DNA of 63,960 nucleotides, filler included, from Octopus bimaculoides (Eukaryota): NCBI RefSeq assembly GCF_001194135.2. It is 8 parts of 8 records of this genome, joined end to end, with 100 filler letters (N's around TTAATTAATTAA, not from the genome) between each part and the next. Parts side by side here need not be neighbours in the genome. Positions count along the whole stretch, not along the records: positions 51,057 to 58,088 come from NC_069002.1; positions 58,189 to 62,781 come from NC_069007.1; positions 62,882 to 63,960 come from NW_026348786.1; 5 more parts are not named here. One strand, 5' to 3'. Shown piece by piece: positions 54,141 to 63,960 of this stretch (position 1 is its first letter; each line of letters starts with the position of its first letter). The notes under the pieces were generated by a model. It saw only the letters and a program-made list of their open reading frames with translations, ran no database searches and was not told where the DNA came from. The position numbers and the translations under genes were made by a program.

Positions 54141-55315
54141 ACACGATCACATATAATACATATCCAATGTTTACTGTTGATTACAGTTCCATTTGTTCCT
54201 TTCAGAGTGCTGAATCATCTTTTCCTTCCAGGCATTGCAACCAATCCTAACAGCACCTCTCCACTTGTTCCAATCCAGAACATCAATTTCTCAATCTCCT
54301 CATCTGAACATCTTGTTTCAGAAAGAGTTGCAATATCAATATTAAGATACCTTAGCTCCTTAGTTACAAGAGCTGTTCTTCTGTCAGGCCTATCTGCTCA
54401 ATAAAAGAGTTTTCACATTCCAGCAGGCCAGGTTAAGAGAAACTTTATTCCTTGCATACTTGTTATCATTGTTTATATCAATTCTGTGTTCATTCCTGCT
54501 AGATTGAGCCACTCTTAGCCGCAGTAAACTAACCAGCAAAGAAAGGACAGACAATTTTTAGTGCTCCTTTTCTAGCACCTTACCAGTATATCCAGGTGAG
54601 CAGTGTTCTCATTAAAAGGGTTGCTGAAACACAAGATTCTCCACCGAAAACGGTTTCTGTCCATGAAAACGTGTTAGCAACGCTAAATAAGAACCCTGCT
54701 GCCTTATGTGCAGATTTGTAACTGTATGCTTCCAACCAGTCAAGTCTGCATACATTGCCACACCTCTGTCACCATAGGACTTTTGAAAAGTGATGATTGT
54801 GCAATGATGGTGTTTTGTTGGGGACTTCATTGGATTTCAGTGACAAATGCTTGTACAACACTTTTGCCCCTCCCTGGGTCAAAATAGTAGATCCCAGTGA
54901 TAAGCAAAGCAAGATGACTAGTACTAAGTTGACTGCAGGGAGTACCTTTTCCTAGGCTTTTCCTTAAACAAAAACTGCAAGCCAGCAACGATAAGCCAAT
55001 TTGAATTCAGAGTTTTATTCTCCTATATTGGTTGTCTTAATCATGGCCTTATTTCAATACAGGAACCCAATCTGCCCCTATCAAACAGTCATCGCTTTGA
55101 TAGTGCAGCCAATTAAGGGGACCGTCATTACCATGACCTGGTTTAAGTCGGAGTGTCCTTTTCCTAAAAGAGTTGCCTCACCATGGCTAATGAGCCTCAT
55201 CTACCCCACCACACACACAGAAACACCATATACATATATACACATAAAAAAAGGAAAAATATATAAAATCTTTTCAATTCAAAATTTTTTAAATTAAAAA
55301 ATATTTAATTTAATA

Positions 55316-55514
55316 TCATCGTCGTCGTTTAACGTTCACTTTCCATGCTAGCATGGGTTGGACGATTTGACTGAGGACTGGTGAAACCAGATGGCTACAC
55401 CAGGCTCCAATCTGATTTGGCAGAGTTCCTACAGCTGGATGCCCTTCCTAACGCCAACCACTCAGAGAGTGTAGTGGGTGCTTTTACGTGTCACCCGCAC
55501 GAAGGCCAGTCGGG
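55316..55514 (-). mobile_element. SINE/RTE-tail-type repeat with a (GAT/GAC)n tail
   Basis: Minus strand AGGAAGGGCATCCAGCTGTAG...TCGTCCAACCCATGCTAGCATGGAAAGTGAACGTTAAACGACGACG; opposite-orientation copy at about 57860-58000 and a related copy at about 51335-51500. Confidence 0.75.
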
Positions 55515-55924
55515 NNNNNNNNNNNNNNNNNNNNNNNNNNNNNNNNNNNNNNNNNNNNNNNNNNNNNNNNNNNNNNNNNNNNNNNNNNNNNNNNNNNNNN
55601 NNNNNNNNNNNNNNNNNNNNNNNNNNNNNNNNNNNNNNNNNNNNNNNNNNNNNNNNNNNNNNNNNNNNNNNNNNNNNNNNNNNNNNNNNNNNNNNNNNNN
55701 NNNNNNNNNNNNNNNNNNNNNNNNNNNNNNNNNNNNNNNNNNNNNNNNNNNNNNNNNNNNNNNNNNNNNNNNNNNNNNNNNNNNNNNNNNNNNNNNNNNN
55801 NNNNNNNNNNNNNNNNNNNNNNNNNNNNNNNNNNNNNNNNNNNNNNNNNNNNNNNNNNNNNNNNNNNNNNNNNNNNNNNNNNNNNNNNNNNNNNNNNNNN
55901 NNNNNNNNNNNNNNNNNNNNNNNN

Positions 55925-56102
55925 CAGGGGCACTGGCAACGATGGCGCTCGAAAGATTTCATGTGTCGCCCACACATGAGCCAGTCCAGGGGCACTGGCA
56001 ACGATCTCGCTCGAAAATCCTACGACGGCCCCGCACAAGAGCCAGTTCAGGGGCACTGGCAACAATCCCGCTCGAAAGATTTCATGTGTCGCCCGCACAT
56101 GA
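55925..56102 (+). repeat. 61-62-bp tandem repeat, at least 3 units, probably continuing into the gap
   Basis: CAGGGGCACTGGCAAC(G/A)AT..CGCTCGAAA starts at 55925, 55987 and 56048. Confidence 0.85.
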
Positions 56103-57057
56103 ATATAAATAGAAATAAAAAAGAATATATATATATATATATATATATAAAGAAGAAAGATATATAAATATATATATGCATACATATACATGCATACACA
56201 TGTACACAATGTTGGATGGCCATTGACTACTCATGTGCTCTTCCACCCTTTGACAGGTCTTATTTTTCATCCTGAAGGGTGTCCAACAATTATCCTCTTC
56301 ACTGAGTAAGCTTGTTAGGGTTGCCAGTTCAGTTGCCATCAACCCAACCATGCAACAGTTTGTGCCAGGTTACACATTACCAGCATGTATGCATGTATGT
56401 ATATAAGTTACGATTAATGATACTGGATATAACTACCAGGTATAACTCTTTTGACTAACACCACTGGTCAACTGGTCATTTTCCCCACTCACTGCTCCAT
56501 TCATCTACTTGAAGCAACTGTACACACACGTGCCATCTTTTAAGGACACAAAAATTTATGGCTAAAGACCAAACGAACCTTTTCCCTTTTTTTTTTCCTT
56601 TTTCAGTTCCTTTTCTTTCTTCCTTTCTCTCCTGCCAACCTTCAATCTCCTCGCAATATTCCTCTGGTAAAGTTCAAATCATTCTGATGATATTTGTTAC
56701 ATGGAACGAGGTAAATGCAAGTTTGCCTCAAAAACACAAACTGAAACAGCTGTAAATGTTATCTTAACCATAATCAAACTATGATCATTCAATACTAACG
56801 ATCAACTTCTAATTTTTACATGTTGCTCCATTTCTTCTCTTATCTTATCTGAATATTTTAAACCATGGTTTACCATTTAAATTACCAACTACTGTTAAAC
56901 TTACAGAAAGGCCTATACATAGTTAGGTAATACACCAGTAATACACCAGTAGTGCCTATGGATACATTTATCCCTTAGATGGTTGCATAGCCTCTAAGTC
57001 ATAATTATATATATATAATGCATACATAAATATATATGCATATATATATACATATAT

Positions 57058-57099
<42 letters not shown>

Positions 57100-57198
57100 A
57101 AAATTTTAAATTTAAAAGAGAGTTTTGACGCTATATTGGTAACGATTACATGTTTTTCTCATCATCAACACATTGTGGAGATATCATCATATGAACAA

Positions 57199-57272
<74 letters not shown>

Positions 57273-58088
57273 TTATGTGTGCATATATATAATGCACACA
57301 CGCACAATTCGTACATGTATGTATATATCCCAATAGATAGGCAGACAGAGACACACAGACACAAACACACATTATTATGCACTTCACATAATATGCAAAT
57401 GATATATTTTATTAATTTCTATGCAGATGCATTGAACCAATCTAAAAGTTGATAAAGTGCTTGAAGAACAGAGTAATTCTAATGTGGTGTCAATGGGGAA
57501 GATATTGGACCAAATTCCAGCAGGAATGGCACTTGGCCTTTTAACTACTTTAATTTTGTACATTTACACGAAATGACTTTGTTTCAAAAATTATAAACTT
57601 GTGTCAATAAATATTTTATATACAAAAGATTGGTATAAAATATATTTTATATACATCCCATGATGTTGGCACTTGGGTACTCACTGACAACAATCAAATT
57701 ATGTGATGGCAAGGAATCACTAACACATACACGTGGCATATATTTTTGTGTGTGTGTGTGTATATATATATACATACACACACACACACGCACATATATA
57801 TTTGTGTACATATATATATATTTTATCATCATCATGGCATGGGTGGGATATATATATAGGGCATCGAGCTGTAGAAACTCTGCCAAATCAGACTGGAGCC
57901 TGGTGTTGCCATCCGGTTTCACCAGTCCTCAGTCAAATCGTCCAACCCATGCTAGCATGGAAAGCGGACGTTAAACGATGATGATGATGATGATGATGAT
58001 GATATATATATATATATATATACACACATCATCATCATCATCATCTTCATCATTTAACGTCCATTGTCCACACTGGCATGGGCTGGAC

Positions 58089-58188
58089 NNNNNNNNNNNN
58101 NNNNNNNNNNNNNNNNNNNNNNNNNNNNNNNNTTAATTAATTAANNNNNNNNNNNNNNNNNNNNNNNNNNNNNNNNNNNNNNNNNNNN
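58089..58188. other. Artificial scaffold-joining spacer
   Basis: 44 N + TTAATTAATTAA (58133-58144) + 44 N. Confidence 0.95.
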
Positions 58189-58399
58189 CATACACATACT
58201 AACACACATACGAAGACATACACACACATATACACATACACATGCATACACACATATAGTCACACATACTCACATACACATACACGTTTACACACATACA
58301 CATACACATATACACTCACACATACACACATACTAACACACACACACATTAGTTGCTCTTATTGAGAATAACAGCCAGAGTCAACATTTCTTTAAAAAT

Positions 58400-59325
58400 A
58401 ATCCCCCTCTCTCTTTCTCTCTCTTTCCTCTTACTCTCACTCTCTTTCCCACTCTTCTCTCTTTCCATCCCCCCCTCTACCTCTCTGTCCCTCTTTCTCC
58501 TCTGCTCTGTATCTTCTCTCTCTCTTCTTCTGCCTCTCTGTCTCATCTTTTTCTCTCTCCTCTTCACCTGTCTCATCTCTCTCTCTCCCCCTCTCTGTCA
58601 CATCTCTCCCTCACCTCTCATTCTCTTTGTATCTCTTTCTGCCTCCTCTCACATCTCTTTCACTTTCTCAGCCTCTCTTTATCTTTCCGTTTCTCTTACC
58701 CATGCTCTCCATCACTCTCCACACTCTCCTCTGTCTTTCGTTCTTCCTACAGCCCCCCCCTCTCTTTCATTCTTCATATCTCCATCTCTCTCTCTTTCAT
58801 TCTTCCTCATGTCCTCCTCTCTCTCTCTTTCACTCTTCATAGACTTCCCTCTTTCTATTTCATGCTCATTGAAATCCCCTCTTTTTCTTTCTTCTTACTC
58901 TCCCCTCTTTCTAACTCCTTTTTGTTCTTTTTACAGTACCCACCTCTCTTTCATTCTTCTTAATGTCCCTTCTTTCTCTCTCTTTCATTCTTCCTACATA
59001 TTACCTTTTCCCTTTTTCTATATTCATAGAGTCCCTTCTTTTATTCTCTCTGCATTCCCCTCTTTCTCTTTCATTCTGTCTGTCTCTGTGTCTCTATCTC
59101 TATCTCTATCCTCCTCTTCTCTCTCTCTCTCTCTTTCATTCATTCATTCTACAGTTCCCGCTTTCATTATTTTCCTGACCCCTCTTTTTCTATCCTTCAT
59201 CTGTTCTGCTGTCCCCTTTCTCCTTTGTCTTGCTCCCACATTGCTCTCATTCTCCTTTTGCATCCTTCTTTCTCTCTCTCCCTCAACCCCATAGCTTCTT
59301 CTCTATCTCCCCCCCCCCCCAATCT
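58400..59325. repeat. About 900-bp low-complexity polypyrimidine (CT-rich) tract
   Basis: Direct inspection; produces the 313-aa Leu/Ser/Phe pseudo-ORF. Confidence 0.9.
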
Positions 59326-61226
59326 CTATCACATAAAGAGGTAACCAAATGAACTTCTTGCTTTTGGTCAGAAAGAATATTGATTCTGCCACATTCAATC
59401 AATAACCCTGCCAGAAAATTCTGGAACCTTAGCGCTGAGTTAATGCTCTCCTAGTGAATATCATTTGCATATAATTATCACTTTTCAAGTCCCGCATGTT
59501 AGCAAAAACATAAATCCCAACTCAGCCCTATATTCTATTCTTTCTCTCTCTTTTTTTTTTTTATATTTTCATTGCCAAAAACTAAAAAAAAATTATTTAA
59601 AAAATTTTAAATAGCTTTTAATGCAAAACCTTCCTTGAATTTATTTTCTTTTTCTTTAAAAACCAAAGTTTTCAAATGGTTAAAATTAAAATTATTATTA
59701 TTTTTTAAGTTGAACAACGGAATATTGTAAAATTGCTTTCAAAAACTCAATATCAAAATACAAATTCTGTAAAAAATTATTTTGGTTTTTCTCTCTTTTT
59801 ACTATATCTGCTGCTAATTCTAAAACATTATCAATAATTATTTCAGTTATACAAGTTATATATGATTATAAAGTATATTTCTGTTTCTTAACTATCTCAG
59901 TCGTGATTTTTCATGAAATATTACGCTCATACGCCTCACTTGATTTTGAAAGCATTATAGAATTTTGTTAGGAATTTTTTGGCAAAAATAACTAAAAATA
60001 TTCATTATTATTTTTTTGATTTTTTTTTTTTTTGACTTGTCATAATAAAAGCTGGGTCTTTTTGGTCTCAACAATAGGGTTTTACATAAACCTATGGAGA
60101 GAAGGTCTTAATTTGAATATGGACATTCAGAGAAGAGAGGATTTTGTGTCATGATAATAGGAAAATAAGAGGTAGTCTTCGGGAGGGTTGATTTTAGGAC
60201 TGTGGTGGTGGTGATATAGTGTTTAATATATCGGGGTACAGGAATGCCTGTATGGTTAGGAAGTTCATTTCGTAACCATATGGATTCCTGTTTGATTTCA
60301 CCAGGTGGCACCATGTGGCACCATGTGGAGGCACATGACTTAGTGGTTAAGGTGTTGGACTCATGATCATAAGATTGTGGTTTCAATACCTGGACTGGGT
60401 GATGAGTTGTGTTCTTGAGCAAAACACTTCATTTCACGTTACTCCAGGCCACTCAGCTGGCAAAAGTGAGTTATCCTGTCACAGACTGGTGTCCCATCCA
60501 GGTGGGAAATATATTCACTATGGAAACCGGAAAACTGGCCCTTATGAGTCAGCATGCCTTGAGAAGGAAAAAACTAACTAGAAGGTGGCACCATGGGCAA
60601 GTTTTTTCTATTTCTTCTACTATAACTTAGACAGCTGGACAGGCAAATGAAACACATGGATGGATAGAAAGCATCATTTTTCTCTAAAAGAGGACTATTT
60701 TTAACCCTTAACTTCCTGAATGTCACAGTACCACATAGGGTGATATCAATCTGCCAATCCTGAAACATATGATATCACAAGAATAGTACTAACCTTGTTG
60801 ACATTCATTTTAAAAGGAGTGAGGATCTCTCTAATACAAGATAGAAAGCCTTAATCTCTTGAAATTAAGGCTTTTCATATGAGCATCAAATTGTCTGATC
60901 AGCTGAAAAACCTACTTATTGAATTAATATTTAATGTGGCTGAATGTTCCATAGATACATACATCCACAATGTAATGTGCAAGAAGATTCAGCATGACTC
61001 AGCATGTGACTAGATTAGCCCCTGAAATTTCTGGTACAGTCAGTTTGATGGGCTCCCACAGTTTCCAGCTATCTAATTTCACACACAAGGCTTAGAATTC
61101 CTCTAGGGCTCTGATAAAAGACACTTAACCAGGATTCTATGCAGTGGGAATGAACCTGAAACCATGTGGTTGTATTGTGAACTTCTTAACCACACAGTTC
61201 TACCGACACCTATAATTATTTATTAA

Positions 61227-61446
61227 CCCTTTTAATACCAACCTTCCTGAGACTTCACCTGCTTCTAAGATACAAATTTCCTCTTTTAAGGTGGTTTAAA
61301 TTAAAAAAACCTTCTCTCAAAATTTCATGTTTTTCTTCCAAACACCAATTTAATTATGACAAAATTATTTTCTAAATTTTTCATAGCTTTCAAACTTGAT
61401 TCAACCAAAGACAGCATATTTCAACATACATATGCTGACAAAAGGG
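61227..61446. mobile_element. piggyBac-type MITE
   Basis: TTAA|CCCTTT ... AAAGGG|TTAA (TTAA at 61223-61226 and 61447-61450). Confidence 0.75.
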
Positions 61447-61999
61447 TTAATAACAATGAAGTTATGTTATTAAATTCATCATTATTTTCAAAATTAATTT
61501 AATCAAAAGCAGTGAATTTCAACAGAAATGTGGTAACAAAAGGGATTATAATGACAGTTAGTTTACTTAATTGTTTATAGTATTATAAAAACATAAATAT
61601 TAGTGATGGAAACAATATTAGTATCAAATGACAATCTTTATATCTTACTCAATGTGGATATGTATTATTAAAATGCTGAATATTGTGGTATTTGTCTTGA
61701 GGGATCCTCTCATATAGATGTTCAGTGTCAAGAACACGAACATGTATCATAACAGATGAAAACTGTCTGGCATGGATGCTAGAACTGCCAGATCTTGTGA
61801 TTTCAGCATGCTGCACTTCCTCAGTAGCAGACATCCTGTTGCTGCACATCAGCCAACAATATAGAATAATAGTGAATTTTCTGTCGCTGATGTTGCAAAA
61901 AGTCAATAGGCTTATTAGAAAATAAATATTAGCAATGGAAACTGCATTGACTCTGAACTCACTCTTTATGTCCTATTTAATGTGGATGCATTATTATAG

Positions 62000-62400
62000 T
62001 ACAGTATATTTCAACAGAAATATGTTAATGACAAAGTTAATTCATTAATTTCTTATTTTTGAAATTAATTGAAACAAAGACAGTGTCTTTCAAGAGAAGT
62101 ATGGGAATAAAAGTGTCAATAATGACAAAGTTATTTAATAAATTCTTAATTATTTTCAAAATTAATTCAAACAAAAGCGCTGTATTTCAACAGAAATACA
62201 GTAACAAAGGGGTTAATTATGACAAAATTATTTTACTAAAATTCTTCGTTATTTTTTAAATGATTTGAAAGAAAGACAGTGTATTTCAGCAGAAATGTAG
62301 TAGCAAACGATAACGATTAAGTTATTGCATTAAATTCCTTTCCAAAATTAATTGAAACAGAGGCAGAAATTTAACAGAAATATAACTGAAAGAATTAATG
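62000..62400 (+). repeat. Diverged 80-100-bp tandem array related to the MITE right end
   Basis: Recurrent AAAATTAATT.AAACAAA...GTATTTCAACAGAAAT motif; one further unit at about 61451-61550. Confidence 0.6.
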
Positions 62401-62429
62401 GAAGACATTGGATAATAAAGAGAATGATG

Positions 62430-62781
62430 TTTAATAAAGAGAATGAATGGGAGAAAGAGAGCCTGCCGTATGTCGACCCAATAGAGGGACCAGCTATCCG
62501 AGTTGATAGTACCAGGGTAGATAAAGCAATTAAGAGTATGAAAGACCGGGAAAGCCCCCGGCCCATCAGGAATCACTGCAGAGATGCTCAAAATATCTGG
62601 CAGTGTTGGCTATAGCCTAGTCACCCGTATTACGAACCAGGTGATACACGAAGGAGTCATACCCAATGACTGGTGTAGCAGCATCATAGTCAACTGCTAC
62701 AAAGGTAAAGGTGACGCTTTAGATACAAATAATTACAGAGGCATCAAGCTGTTAGATCAGGTTATGAAAGTTACAGAGAGG
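62430..62781 (+). mobile_element. RTE-clade LINE, start of the RT domain, one frameshift, cut by the scaffold end
   Basis: VDPIEGPAIRVDSTRVDKAIKSMK / MLKISG...EGVIPNDWCSSIIVNCYKGKGDALDTNNYRGIKLLDQVMKVTER. Confidence 0.85.
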
Positions 62782-62881
62782 NNNNNNNNNNNNNNNNNNN
62801 NNNNNNNNNNNNNNNNNNNNNNNNNTTAATTAATTAANNNNNNNNNNNNNNNNNNNNNNNNNNNNNNNNNNNNNNNNNNNN
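62782..62881. other. Artificial scaffold-joining spacer
   Basis: 44 N + TTAATTAATTAA (62826-62837) + 44 N. Confidence 0.95.
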
Positions 62882-63237
62882 AAGAAAAAAACAGAAAGAA
62901 GGAAAGAGAGACACGAGATTGAAAAATAGATCGAGAGAAAGAAAGAAAAAAATAAAGAGAATAAGAAGGATGAAAGAAAGCGAAAGATAAATAGAAAGAA
63001 TGAGAAAAAGTAGTATAAAAGGAAAGATAGAAAGAGAAAGACAGAAGAAATGAAAGAGAAAAGAGGAGGAAGAAAANNNNNNNNNNGAAAGAAAGCGAAA
63101 GATAAATAGAAAGAATGAGAAAAAGTAGTATAAAAGGAAAGATAGAAAGAGAAAGACAGAAGAAATGAAAGAGAAAAGAGGAGGAAGAAAAATTGAAAGG
63201 AAGAAAAAATGAAAGATTAATGATAAAGATACATAAC

Positions 63238-63378
63238 CTTTTGGTACTAAGCCGCAAAATCTTTTCTTTCTACATATCAACGTGGTACAATGAACTCCAT
63301 CCTCATCACAGTAACAAAAGTTACAATCGTCTCTGAATTTCTCTGCATATCTGTAAGTTTTACCTTTGTATCTGCAAA
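63238..63378 (-). CDS. Internal coding exon A: pacifastin/VWC_out-like Cys-rich module plus RKKR
   Basis: Polypyrimidine tract and CAG acceptor; 141 nt; phase 1-1; AAG|GTTATG donor; (V)CRYKGKTYRYAEKFRDDCNFCYCDEDGVHCTTLICRKKRFCGLVPK. Confidence 0.85.
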
Positions 63379-63668
63379 CTGATTGTTGGTAATTGGGAAG
63401 AAAAGGAATGAAAAAAAGATAAGAATGAGAGAACGAAATCAATAAATAACGAATGAGCAGAATAAAGAAAAAAAGAGAAACAGCTGAAATGAAGAAACTG
63501 TGTACAGAAGTTAAAAAAGGATGAAATATGCAAATGAAATACAAGAGTAGTTGTATGCTGTCAACTTAATGTGACAGTCCCATCAGACAGAAGAAATGAA
63601 AGAGAAAAAAGGAGGAAGGAAAATTGAAAGGAAGAAAAAATGAAAGACTAATGATAAAGATACATAAC

Positions 63669-63809
63669 CTATTCGTAGCAACTCGCAAGATCTTTTCTTT
63701 CTACATATTCTCTTGGTACAGACAACTCCATGCTTTCCACAGAAACAAAGGCTACAATCGTCTCTGAATCTCTCTCCAAATCTGTAAGTTTTACCTTTGT
63801 ATTCGCAAA
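63669..63809 (-). CDS. Internal coding exon B: paralogous module, upstream of exon A in transcript order
   Basis: Same acceptor context; 141 nt; phase 1-1; TAG|GTTATG donor; (V)CEYKGKTYRFGERFRDDCSLCFCGKHGVVCTKRICRKKRSCELLRI; 290-nt GT-AG intron (63379-63668) leads to exon A. Confidence 0.85.
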   Translation of the reverse strand, partial: FANTKVKLTDLERDSETIVAFVSVESMELSVPREYVERKDLASCYE

Positions 63810-63960
63810 CTGATTGTTGGTAATTGGGAAGAAAAGGAATGAAAAAAAGATAATAAGAATGAGAGAACGAAATCAATAAATAACGAATGAGCAGAAGAAA
63901 GAAAAAAAGAGAAACAGCTGAAATGAAGAAACTGGGTACAGAAGTTAAAAAAGGATGAAA

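Noticed and set aside
55925-56102. CRISPR-like repeat-spacer appearance
   Set aside because: The variable segments are homologous to each other (units 1 and 3 nearly identical), the context is eukaryotic, and there are no cas genes.
58353-59294. 313-aa hydrophobic ORF resembling a membrane protein
   Set aside because: A CT-rich tract lacks stop codons by composition; no domain signal.
61649-61925. Overlapping 85-aa and 66-aa ORFs in non-repetitive sequence
   Set aside because: No recognisable motif or consistent splice pair; length compatible with chance.
62834-63876. The 236-aa and 97-aa ORFs taken as whole proteins
   Set aside because: Only the two 141-nt exons are coding; the Phe/Leu/Ser-rich flanks are polypyrimidine intron sequence, and the longer ORF runs into a scaffold spacer.

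Overview
AT-rich, microsatellite-dense eukaryotic DNA. The SINE/LINE repertoire suggests an octopod (coleoid cephalopod) genome; this is inferred, not proven. The window is not one locus: seven identical 100-nt spacers (44 N + TTAATTAATTAA + 44 N) join eight separate scaffolds. Most of the sequence is simple repeats and decayed mobile elements: tRNA-type SINEs, RTE, Tx1 and R4/Dong-like LINEs, two Penelope-like elements, a maT (DD37D) mariner relic, Helitron ends, piggyBac-type MITEs, and a young Gypsy LTR element nested in a LINE. Nearly all ORFs in the track are artefacts of repeats or N gaps. The only convincing host gene fragment is at the far right on the minus strand: two tandem 141-nt phase 1-1 exons, each encoding a pacifastin/VWC_out-like Cys-rich module followed by RKKR. 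Their flanking introns are about 98% identical, while the exons differ at 26/141 nt, almost all amino-acid changing, with every Cys codon unchanged. This looks like a diversifying polyprotein of protease-inhibitor- or toxin-like peptides. A second theme is minimal hammerhead-ribozyme-like motifs with an unusual CUGUUGA core plus an extra A, one lying inside a Penelope-like element.
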